Shown here: positions 29,439-37,641 of the stretch, in pieces
Layout of the letters: every line of letters starts with the position of its first letter
Position numbering within the stretch: the first letter of the stretch is position 1
DNA from: Candidatus Aenigmarchaeota archaeon LH_S7
Lineage (GTDB): Archaea; Aenigmatarchaeota; Aenigmatarchaeia; QMZS01
NCBI GenBank assembly: GCA_023659895.1
Contig: JAGXOL010000003.1
Span: forward strand, 1,549 to 65,548
Reading direction: 5' to 3'
Length of the DNA: 64,000 nucleotides
Notes under the pieces: generated by a model
Database searches by the model: none
Seen by the model: the letters and a program-made list of their open reading frames with translations, nothing else
What the model was told of the DNA's origin: nothing
Translations under genes and position numbers: made by a program

Positions 29439-30633
29439 TGAATTTAAATTTCAGTGGACACTGCTCAAAACAGGAGAGCCTTGAATGTGAGTAAATTATA
29501 ATTAATACTAAAAATTTCTATTGGAGAACGAAGTGTAATTGATATTGCCATGATTGTTAGTACTTCCTTCATTTTTAACCTCCTAACTTAATCCTATCCT
29601 TATTATAGAGACCATGGTTCTCAATTCTGATATTACATGTTACTTTATCCCCTCGCCACTCCTCTTTAAATTTTCCAATATAATATTCCTTAGGTTTAAG
29701 AGTAATATCCGTGTTAGCATAACTCAAGTAAACCGTTCCATCTGGTTCTATATTTGTAATTTTCATAAGAAATGGAAGATTTCGTGCATTTGGTAAGGTG
29801 TATATTGGAATTAAGCCCCCTCCACCGCCGCCACCTGGTTCTCCGAGTTCTATTATATTAAGGATTACCATTGATAATTCATTGTTTATTTCAAAATTAC
29901 AGGTTTCACATTCTAAAATTCCGGAATCGTTGTCGAAATGAAGTAGGGGCGGGAAATCTATCATTAATCGACTCCCTGAAATTTCTTGATGGAGACTGAG
30001 AAGGATATAGTCGTCTTGAGGTATTGATCTAGGAAAAACTGCATTTGTGCCATCCCATTCTACAACAACATTAACTTTATCTATATCCTGAATCTCCTCC
30101 AACATCTCACTTCCTGCCTTCATCCCCCACTCATCGCTTCCTTCCACCAACAATATCGCTTTCTCCTCATTCCAGGGATTACTCAAAATCTCCAAAATTC
30201 CTTTATTCTCTCCTGGATATTCCTCAGTTACCCTTGTCGCATCTGTCATATTATATACCTCCTCCAATATCACATTCGATTTTGACGTGCCAACTACAAT
30301 TAAATTATAAGAAGATTTAAAACTTTCAATTTTTTCCGATGATATAACTTCTGGCTTATTACCTATCAGATTTTCCAAATTAGTTGCTATCTCTTCTGCA
30401 CTCTCTTTCTCTATTTGAGAGGCGTTTTCACCAATTACGATTACCGTATTTTCCTTAAAAATCTCAGGAAAATCAGATAGCTTCAGCTCTTCTGCTGGTT
30501 GCGTTGGAGCTTGATGTTCTAAAAGAAAGTAACCAGCGATAATGCAAACCACAATTACTATTCCCAGTATTAAGATTTTCTTCTTCATAATTTATTACCT
30601 CCTCTTTAATTTAAAGTTTTTCGGCCTTTTTAA
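29439..30633. mobile_element. 1195 bp insertion carrying one antisense gene. No transposase and no obvious terminal inverted repeats.
   Basis: It is defined by loss and regain of homology to the intact MITE copy, and is flanked by the 12 bp duplication. Its gene has a strong SD, unlike neighbouring genes. Confidence 0.55.
29575..30588 (-). CDS. Membrane-anchored/secreted protein of unknown function encoded inside the rRNA spacer
   Basis: 337 aa. It has an N-terminal signal/anchor (KKKILILGIVIVVCIIAGYFLL), an internal EPGGGGGGGLIP linker and a CETC pair. AGAGGAGGT lies 8 nt upstream of the ATG (30597-30605). Confidence 0.6.
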   Translation of the reverse strand: MKKKILILGIVIVVCIIAGYFLLEHQAPTQPAEELKLSDFPEIFKENTVIVIGENASQIEKESAEEIATNLENLIGNKPEVISSEKIESFKSSYNLIVVGTSKSNVILEEVYNMTDATRVTEEYPGENKGILEILSNPWNEEKAILLVEGSDEWGMKAGSEMLEEIQDIDKVNVVVEWDGTNAVFPRSIPQDDYILLSLHQEISGSRLMIDFPPLLHFDNDSGILECETCNFEINNELSMVILNIIELGEPGGGGGGGLIPIYTLPNARNLPFLMKITNIEPDGTVYLSYANTDITLKPKEYYIGKFKEEWRGDKVTCNIRIENHGLYNKDRIKLGG

Positions 30634-30645
30634 TTTCCAACAATT
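30634..30645. repeat. Right copy of the 12 bp direct duplication TTTCCAACAATT
   Basis: See 29427-29438. Confidence 0.75.
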
Positions 30646-30777
30646 CTTCCTTTTACTGCTCTGATAAAATGATTAAAACAGGGTTTGTTAAAGAGAGTTT
30701 TGAATTTTGACAAAGAATGAATTATTGATATATTTGCTAAATATCCTTAAAAACTAAAAAGTGCAAAAGTTATAACC

Positions 30778-30785
30778 TTTATATA
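30778..30785 (+). promoter_or_regulatory. Candidate TATA box for an independent 23S transcript
   Basis: TTTATATA (archaeal TTTAWATA-like) ends about 25 nt upstream of the first base of the 23S processing stem (30810). It lies directly after the right end of the mobile element. Confidence 0.4.
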
Positions 30786-30809
30786 AATTTTTTTAAATGA
30801 GATATAGTT

Positions 30810-30893
30810 ATAGATAAAGGGGGTTCCTATTTCCTAAGGAATATGAATCTGTGGAGAGTGTTTATTGCTCAATGAAAGAGTAGGTGTAAGGAA
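30810..30893 (+). promoter_or_regulatory. 5' half of the 84 nt 23S processing stem
   Basis: ATAGATAAAGGGGGTTCCTATTTCCTAAGGAATATGAAT..GGTGTAAGGAA is the near-perfect reverse complement of 33846-33929, with two mismatches seen. Confidence 0.8.
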
Positions 30894-31359
30894 TAGAAAC
30901 ATCTATTTGCTGTTAAGCTATCTAGTGGATGGCTCGGCTTGATATCTGATGAAGGACGTGGCAAGCTGCGATAAGCCCTGGCGAGGTGCATGCTGCCTAA
31001 GAACCAGGGATTTCTTAATTGTTCCTTTTTAGGAACAGGAACGCGGAGAATTGAAACATCTTAGTACCCGCAGGAAAAGAAACCAATTGGAATTCCCTTA
31101 TTAGGGGCGACCGAAAAGGGATGAGAGCAAACCGAACACTTCCTCGTAAGAGAAAGTGAATGTGGTTTTAGGGTGTTCATACTTCCTTTAGAAATTGATT
31201 GAAATTCTCTGGAAAGAGATACCAAAGAGGGTGATAGTCCCGTAAATTGATTTTGAGAGGGAGATTTGAATTGACCCAGAGTATTATCGGTTAGGTTTCC
31301 GGTGAGAACTTGGGAGTCATTAACTTCTAACTCTAAATATAATTCAAGACCGATAGCGA

Positions 31360-31392
<33 letters not shown>

Positions 31393-31961
31393 GTAAAAGG
31401 GAGTAAAAAGAACTTAAAACTAGGTAGTATAGTATCCGTTTCGAATAACGGGGTAAGGAGTATAGGTCTAGGGCTAGACTAATCTTTTGAAGAGAGAAGT
31501 CGTAGCGAAAGCGAGTGCGAAAGTGCGTTAGTCATAGGCCTATTACCCGAAGCCGGACGATCTATTCTCGGACAGGGTGAAGTGTCTCGAAAGAGACATG
31601 GAGGCCCGCACCGTTGCTAGCGTGCTTTCTGCTCGGATGATCTGGGAATAGGGGTGAAAAGCCAATCGAGTTCGGTAATAGCTGGTTCCCTCCAAAATGA
31701 GCCGTAGCTCAGCTTGCCTTTTATAGGTTTATGTGTAAAGTTACTGATTGGGTAGTAGGGGATGAAAGTCTTCGCTACTCAGTCAAACTCTAAAGCGTAA
31801 ACCATTACTGAGGTAGAGTGGGGTTTGCCGGGGAAAGCTCGGTGACCAAAAGGGGAACAACCCTAACCAGCATTAAGGTCCTTAAATAGTGGCTAAGTAC
31901 ACTGAAGGTGTTCTTTCTCTAAAACAATAGGGAAGTAGGCTTAGAAGCAGCCATCCTTTAA

Positions 31962-32003
31962 CCCTTTCCGCTTCGCGCAAAGCGTTAACGGAAAAGGAAA
32001 GAG
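31962..32003 (+). other. 42 nt GC-containing hairpin insertion in 23S, between the conserved GCAGCCATCCTTTAA and AGAAAGCGTAATAGCTCAC
   Basis: The two flanking blocks are contiguous in E. coli and typical archaeal 23S. The insert is self-complementary (CCTTTCC..GCTT CGCGCA AAGC..GGAAAAGG). Confidence 0.6.
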
Positions 32004-33343
32004 AGAAAGCGTAATAGCTCACCTACCTAGAGGAAGTGCGCCGAAGATGGACGGGGTTAAGTCACTTACCGATATGTTGGTTGCCTTTTGGCAATGTAGG
32101 AGGGTGTCTTGGCAGGGCAGAAGTTTCTCTTTAAGGAGAAGTGGACCTGTTAAGAATGAGAATCTTACTGATAGTAACAGCAAAGTGGTGTGAGAATCAC
32201 CATCGCTAGAAGTGGGCAAGGGTTCCCTACCAATTACGATGAGGTAGGGATTAGTCCGTTCCCTAAGAGGATCCCTAACAGAAGTTTTCAAAGGGAAACA
32301 GGTTAACATTCCTGTACCACTAAGTTCTAATCTAACTGGTTAGTTCGGGATAACTTAACGCAAGCTAAGCATTGAAGTCCTTGGAGTCTCGTAATGAGGA
32401 GAAGAGGATGAAGGTGTGTGGCCTTCCTAGAGAAGGTTTAGGTGACTCCTGGATACATTGTAAGCCAGTTAGTAATATTGTTTAGTGACGGTACCCAGAA
32501 CTGACAAGCTATTTCGCACTATGAAGTAAATTAATGCAAAATGCTCAGGAAACAGGTGCCCACGTTGAGTAGGCGAAGGTGTGATAGGATAATCCTGTCT
32601 AGGGAATTCGGCAAATTAGTGGTGTATCTTTGGTAGGAACCATGCCTGTTCTCCTTCGGGAAGGACAGGTCGCAGTTACAAGGAGGGCCCGACTGTTTAA
32701 TTAAAACTTAGCTGACTGCTAGTCCGTAAGGATGTGTATAGTCGGTGAAGCCTGCCCAGTGCGGGTGTGTTAAACCCTTTTTCAAGAGGGTCAAGCCCCC
32801 GTAAACGGCGGCGGTAACCCTGACCGTCTTAAGGTAGCGTAATCCCTTGCCGATTAAACGTCGGCCTGCATGAAGGTCCAACGAGGCCCTCACTGTCCCA
32901 GACAGGAACCTAGTGAACTTTCCTTCTGGTGAAGAGGCCAGAGACTTCCAGTGGGAAGAATAGTCCCTGTGGAGCTTTACTGCAGCCTGCTGTTGTGGTA
33001 ATTTTTGGGGTGTAAAGAGTAGGTAGGAGCTTCGGCGAAAGTGTGACACTACCCTCCCTAAAAATTACTGCTTACTTTTTCGGAAGGACAGCAGTTGGTA
33101 GGCAGTTTGGGTGGGGCGCCACACCCCTAATAAGGTATCAGGGGTGCCCAAAGGTTAGCTCACCGGGGTCAGAAATCCCGGGAAGAGTGTAAACGCAAAA
33201 GCTAGCCTGATTGGATTCCTCCAAGTGCAGAATCCAAGTGCGAAAGCGTGGGTTAACGAAACGCGACCTCGCTTTAATGGCGGCTCGTAACTACAGAAAA
33301 GCTACCCCAGGGGTAATGGAGCTGTGGCCCCCGAGAGTACATA

Positions 33344-33432
33344 GAAGCCTTTTAAAAAAAAAGGCTTCAGCCAAAAAATTAAATCGCCTTCTTTTAAAGG
33401 CTTTTATAATTAATTGTTTTGGTGAGTGCAAA
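33344..33432 (+). other. AT-rich 89 nt insertion in 23S domain V at the helix 89 apical loop (about E. coli 2478/2479); intron or expansion segment
   Basis: CCCCCGAGAGTACATA and TCGACGGGG are contiguous in other 23S sequences. The insert begins with the hairpin GAAGCC-TTTTAAAAAAAAA-GGCTTC and is far more AT-rich than the surrounding rRNA. Confidence 0.65.
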
Positions 33433-33845
33433 TCGACGGGGTGAGTTGCTACTTCGTTGTTGGCTTGCCTCCTCCTGGGTGTGCAGAAGCACCCAAGGGT
33501 ACAGGGGTTTACTGTTTAAAGAGGCACGTTAGCTGAGTTAAGAACGGCGTGAGCCAGTTCGGTCTATATCTGCTGGAAGTGTTCTAGTCTGACAGGAAGA
33601 GAGCTTCAGTACGAAAGGAACAAGTTCTCGTGGCCACTGGTGTACCGGTCGTGATTGCGCTGCCGGGAAGCTAAGCCATCGCGGATAAGAGCTGAAGGCA
33701 TCTAAGCTCGAAGCCGCTCTGAAAAAGAGACTAATTCAGGTGCGGATAGAAGATCCGCTTGATAGAAGAGTGGTGTACGTACCAAGCTTCGGCGAGGTAC
33801 TCAGCCTGCTCTTACTAATTCCTAGACAGCAAATAGATTCTAAAT

Positions 33846-33929
33846 TTCCTTACACCTACTCTTTCATTGAGCAATAAACACCCTCCACAAATTCATATTC
33901 CTTAGGAAATAGGAACCCCCTTTATCTAT
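33846..33929 (+). promoter_or_regulatory. 3' half of the 23S processing stem
   Basis: Reverse complement of 30810-30893. Confidence 0.8.
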
Positions 33930-33943
33930 CTCTAAATAATTTT

Positions 33944-35017
33944 ATGAAGAAAACTGGAATTGCTGACTTGAGATTGTGTACTGGTCCAGTACCACACTAC
34001 AGAGAAATGGTTGAGATTGGGAAACCTTTAATTGAGACTTTAATTAATGAGTTTGGGACCAGAGAAACTGTGGAAAGATTTTCTAATCCTTCCTGGTATC
34101 AGTGCCTTGCCTGCTGCTTAGGATTTGAGTACCAATTCTCAGGGATGACAACTGTTGTATTGAAAGCTCTTAAGGATTCAATTGAAAACCAAAATTTGGG
34201 AATTGAAATCGCTGGAGGGAAAGGAAAGCTAAGTATAGGAGCACCAAAGGAATTAGAGAAATATGGTGAATCATTCAATCTTCCTGAGAAAAATCTGCAG
34301 GGAATGGTAAGCAACACAAAACTTTCCGCGAAGGTTGACAACACAGCAATTCAAGACTCTTATTCCTTGTATTTTCACACCGTCATCCTTGATGAGATAG
34401 GAAACTTCTCAGTGATTAATCAAGGAATGAACACAGGCTCGCAACTTGTGAGAAGATACCACTGGAGCAATCCTTCTGAATTAGATGATTCAAACATAGC
34501 TGGAAAAAAGGAAAATATGGTTTTGGATCTTACGAAAAGAAACTTGGAGGAAACAAGAAGAATGATTTTTGACTTGGCTAAAGAGAGCAACAAGACTGTA
34601 AATACTTATTTGAGATTGAACAAGGGAAGCTTCCAAACCAATTTACTTAATTTCGGGCAGAGAAACATAATTGAGTTACCTTATCATTTGAGATTTCCTA
34701 AGAAACTGAATGAGAAAGCTCTAGAGACAGCAAAGAATGCGAACAATTTCAAAGAATTTCTCTGCTCAAAAGGTGTTGGACCTTCTACAATACGAGGACT
34801 CGCTTTCATTGCAAACTTGGTTTACGGCTCAGAGATATCCTGGAGAGACCCTGTGAAGTTCTGCTATGCATATGGAACAAAAGCTGGAAAACCCTGGTAC
34901 GTTGAGAAAAGAGCAATGAGAAAAAGCGCTGAAATTATGAAAAACGCGGTAGAAAACGCAAAAATGGGGGACAAGAAGAGGAGAAGAGTGTTAAAGAGAT
35001 TATCAAGGTTTGTTTAA
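33944..35017 (+). CDS. Conserved archaeal protein, DUF763-like
   Basis: 357 aa. The N-terminal ADLRLCTGPVPHYREMV..FSNPSWYQCLACCLGFEYQFSGMTTVVLKALKDS resembles the DUF763 signature as remembered. Confidence 0.5.
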   Translation: MKKTGIADLRLCTGPVPHYREMVEIGKPLIETLINEFGTRETVERFSNPSWYQCLACCLGFEYQFSGMTTVVLKALKDSIENQNLGIEIAGGKGKLSIGAPKELEKYGESFNLPEKNLQGMVSNTKLSAKVDNTAIQDSYSLYFHTVILDEIGNFSVINQGMNTGSQLVRRYHWSNPSELDDSNIAGKKENMVLDLTKRNLEETRRMIFDLAKESNKTVNTYLRLNKGSFQTNLLNFGQRNIIELPYHLRFPKKLNEKALETAKNANNFKEFLCSKGVGPSTIRGLAFIANLVYGSEISWRDPVKFCYAYGTKAGKPWYVEKRAMRKSAEIMKNAVENAKMGDKKRRRVLKRLSRFV

Positions 35018-35074
35018 TTTAGTGAGTAAGATGATAGAAGAAGATGTGAGAAACAAAGCAAATAAAACAAGTAA

Positions 35075-35395
35075 TTAACCTAACTCCCGCAGAATATCTT
35101 TGTCTGACTCAAGCACAGGAATTTTTTCTTCCTTTAACTGTCTTACAAGAATCTTGTCAAAAGTCGTGACCTTCAAATTTCTTTTCTTAGCTGCTTCTAT
35201 TAATGAATCATCAGCTTTTTCTTTTTCAGTCTCAATCACCTTAAGCTTTTCAATCAGCGAAAGAAGAACTTTGTCTTTCTTTGCAAGTTCCTTGGCTTCC
35301 TCTATGCAGGGCTTTGTAGTTGCAATCTCTCCAACCCTGAAAAACAATTTTAATTTCTTGTATTCCAAAATCACATTCGTGTCAACCAGAATCAT
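35075..35395 (-). CDS. PIN-domain ribonuclease (small)
   Basis: 106 aa starting MILVDTNVILEY (PIN Asp), with later acidic residues (IEEAKE, TTFDKIL). It overlaps the RNase Z stop by 4 bp. Confidence 0.6.
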   Translation of the reverse strand: MILVDTNVILEYKKLKLFFRVGEIATTKPCIEEAKELAKKDKVLLSLIEKLKVIETEKEKADDSLIEAAKKRNLKVTTFDKILVRQLKEEKIPVLESDKDILRELG

Positions 35396-36270
35396 ACTTT
35401 CACTCTTTTCAAGTCCTTGGCAAGCACAACATTCTTGTAATCTTTAATCTTTTTCTCCAGCTCTTTCTGACTCGTGTACTTCCTGCTGATATGAGTCAAG
35501 TAAACTTTCTTCGCAAATTTTCTCAAGTTTAAAACATCCTCCAAAGTTGAGTGGTACTTGTCTTTTAAATCATCCCTGCTGAAGTATGTGCATTCATGTA
35601 TTAACACACTGTCTTTAGCAAATTTTTCCATTTTCTTCAGGTATTGGGTGTCCCCTGAATAAACCACCTTCTTTCCTGGGACTGTGTAGGAAACATCCCT
35701 TAAATTTATTGTTTTTCCATCTTTTTTGATTTTTCCCTTGTCTTTTATTTCGCGGCAATCCTTCCAGTTCAATTTTAGTTTCTTGATTTTCTTCTTATCT
35801 AATTTTAATTTTTCCCTTTCCTGAAAACGATAAGCAAAATTTTCCGTGGTGTGTTTCCCTTTCATTGCCTCCACTGAAAATTCATCCCCATCAAATACTG
35901 TTCCCTCTAAACAATCAACAAACTTTGTTTTGAAAGGTAGATGGAAGAACTTCAAGAGTTCAGGACCGATTTTCTTAGCTTTTGGTGCAACTATGGTTAT
36001 TTCTTTCTTGCGGCCCTCAAAAGCCATTGAAGTTAATAAACCAAAAAGGCCAATCCAGTGGTCAGCATGCCAATGAGATATAAAAATGTAATCAATTGAC
36101 ATGAAATTTATCCTAGCTTTTTGTAGTTGAGTTTGTGTTCCTTCTCCACAATCAAAAAGTATTGAGTAATCATTCCTTGAGTGGTATCTTAAATGTACAG
36201 CAGGATGTCTCCTTTTTATTGTTGGGATTGTTGTCCCTGTACCCAGGAAAGTGATTTCAACAGATCTCAT
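35392..36270 (-). CDS. rnz: Ribonuclease Z (tRNA 3' endonuclease, metallo-beta-lactamase fold)
   Basis: 292 aa with ITFLGTGTTIPT, the ISHWHADHWIG (HxHxDH) motif and a C-terminal LTHISRKY. Confidence 0.85.
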   Translation of the reverse strand: MRSVEITFLGTGTTIPTIKRRHPAVHLRYHSRNDYSILFDCGEGTQTQLQKARINFMSIDYIFISHWHADHWIGLFGLLTSMAFEGRKKEITIVAPKAKKIGPELLKFFHLPFKTKFVDCLEGTVFDGDEFSVEAMKGKHTTENFAYRFQEREKLKLDKKKIKKLKLNWKDCREIKDKGKIKKDGKTINLRDVSYTVPGKKVVYSGDTQYLKKMEKFAKDSVLIHECTYFSRDDLKDKYHSTLEDVLNLRKFAKKVYLTHISRKYTSQKELEKKIKDYKNVVLAKDLKRVKV

Positions 36271-36321
36271 AACTATTTTATCCCTAATTTAACTAATTCA
36301 TATATTGATAAATAATTGGTT

Positions 36322-37437
36322 ATGGAAAAATGGATACTAGTGCATTATGACGAGATTGCTCTCAAGGGAAAAAACAGATCTTTCTTTGAGAAAAAGTTAG
36401 CTTCAAATCTGAAAAAACTGCTCGGAGGAAAATTGCTAAAGGCCTATGGAAGGATATTGATAAAAACAGATTTAAAGGATAGAGAAATCAAGAAAAGATT
36501 GAGATTGCAGCCAGGGGTAGCAAATTTCTCTTTTTGTTACAAAGTACCTAACAAAATTGAAGAAATAAAAGAAACTGCCTTGGAACTCGCAAAAGAATCA
36601 AAAAGAAAAACCTTCAGAATTGATGCAAGGAAATCTGTTAAGTTCAAGAAAAGTAGCAGGGAAATAAATGAGATTGTGGGAGAAGAGGTTAGAACAAAAA
36701 CCAAGAAAAAGGTCAATTTGAACAAGCCAGGAATCACAATTTACATAGAACTCACTGAGAAAGGAACCTTCATTTACAAAGACAAGTTTAAAGGGGTTGG
36801 TGGACTCCCAATTGATTCTTCCGGAAAATTAATTTCTTTGATTTCAGGAGGAATAGATAGCCCTGTTGCATCCTACCTTGCAATGAAAAGGGGTTGCGAT
36901 GTTGTTTTGATTCATTTCTACAATGAAACCTTGTCAGAGCTGGATAAGATTAATGAATTGTTGGAAAAATTGAGGGGAATCAACCCAAAGATAAAACTTT
37001 ATATGATTCCATTTACGGAAATCCAGAGGAAAATCATTGCAAAAGTGAATTCGAAATACAGAATGATTATTTATCGCAGATTAATGAATCAAATTGCTGA
37101 GAAAATCGCTGAAAAAGATAATGTTAAGGGAATTGTTACAGGAGACTCTCTTGGACAAGTTGCTTCCCAAACCATAGATAACATGAGAGCAATAGATGAA
37201 TCAGTGAAAATACCTATCTTAAGACCTTTACTCACTTACAATAAAAATGATATAATAAAGCTGGCCCAAAAAATTGGAACTTATGAAATTTCAATTAAAC
37301 CTTACCAGGACTGCTGTTCTTTCATGGTAGCCCAACACCCGGAAACAAAAGCTAAAATAGATGTGATAAAAGAAGCTGAAAAGGGATTGAACAAGAAGAA
37401 ATTAATTGAAAAAGCCTTGGATAATTTAAATCTCTAA
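36322..37437 (+). CDS. thiI: tRNA 4-thiouridine synthase ThiI (THUMP + PP-loop)
   Basis: ILVHYDEIALKGKNRSFFE is at the N-terminus and the PP-loop is LISGGIDSPVASYLAMKRG. The ATG at 36322 is preferred over the TTG at 36316. Confidence 0.85.
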   Translation: MEKWILVHYDEIALKGKNRSFFEKKLASNLKKLLGGKLLKAYGRILIKTDLKDREIKKRLRLQPGVANFSFCYKVPNKIEEIKETALELAKESKRKTFRIDARKSVKFKKSSREINEIVGEEVRTKTKKKVNLNKPGITIYIELTEKGTFIYKDKFKGVGGLPIDSSGKLISLISGGIDSPVASYLAMKRGCDVVLIHFYNETLSELDKINELLEKLRGINPKIKLYMIPFTEIQRKIIAKVNSKYRMIIYRRLMNQIAEKIAEKDNVKGIVTGDSLGQVASQTIDNMRAIDESVKIPILRPLLTYNKNDIIKLAQKIGTYEISIKPYQDCCSFMVAQHPETKAKIDVIKEAEKGLNKKKLIEKALDNLNL

Positions 37438-37641
37438 ATTTTCTCTCATACTTCTTCTAGATAAAATTATATTTGAGAAGTAATCTTCTATGGTTGATTT
37501 AGAAGAAAAACCTCTGTTTAATAACTCAAATCATTTTTTGAAACAGATCAAAATAAATTTTTTGTATTTCTTGTAAATCTTTCAAAGGATCCTCCTAATC
37601 AAAAAATCCATTTCAGGGTCTATTATATTCTCATACTGATT

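Larger units (their letters stand above)
29321..30775. mobile_element. Second copy of the MITE-like element in the 16S-23S spacer, split by a nested 1195 bp insertion
   Basis: 29321-29438 aligns with 16293-16410 and 30634-30775 aligns with 16399-16540 of the intact copy, with a few substitutions. The TIRs are retained (..AAAGTTTTACACTTTT / AAAAGTGCAAAAGTTATA..). Confidence 0.65.

Noticed and set aside
29439-30633. Terminal inverted repeats for the 1195 bp nested insertion
   Set aside because: Comparing the left end (TGAATTTAAATTTCAG..) with the reverse complement of the right end (TTAAAAAGGCCGAAAAAC..) showed no convincing TIR. Only an internal AATTTAAA word is shared, so the element class is left open.
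29234-30893. Searched the 16S-23S spacer for the tRNA-Ala typical of many archaeal rRNA operons, and the window for a 5S rRNA
   Set aside because: No acceptor/T-arm-like GC-rich segment was found in the spacer, and no 5S-like sequence follows the 23S. Absence judged by eye is not proof.
32019-33444. ORFs 32019-32309, 32708-33049 and 33211-33444
   Set aside because: They are inside the 23S rRNA gene. The last one merely spans the AT-rich helix 89 insertion. None shows protein-like features.
35100-35447. 115-aa plus-strand ORF opposite the PIN gene, and similar antisense ORFs elsewhere (e.g. 1161-1415, 5509-5902, 9472-9987, 14489-14743, 39400-39642, 41066-41377, 43156-43461, 56694-57241, 58927-59195, 60031-60348)
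   Set aside because: Each lies entirely within a well-supported gene on the other strand and has a low-complexity Ser/Phe/Leu-rich composition typical of antisense frames in AT-rich DNA.
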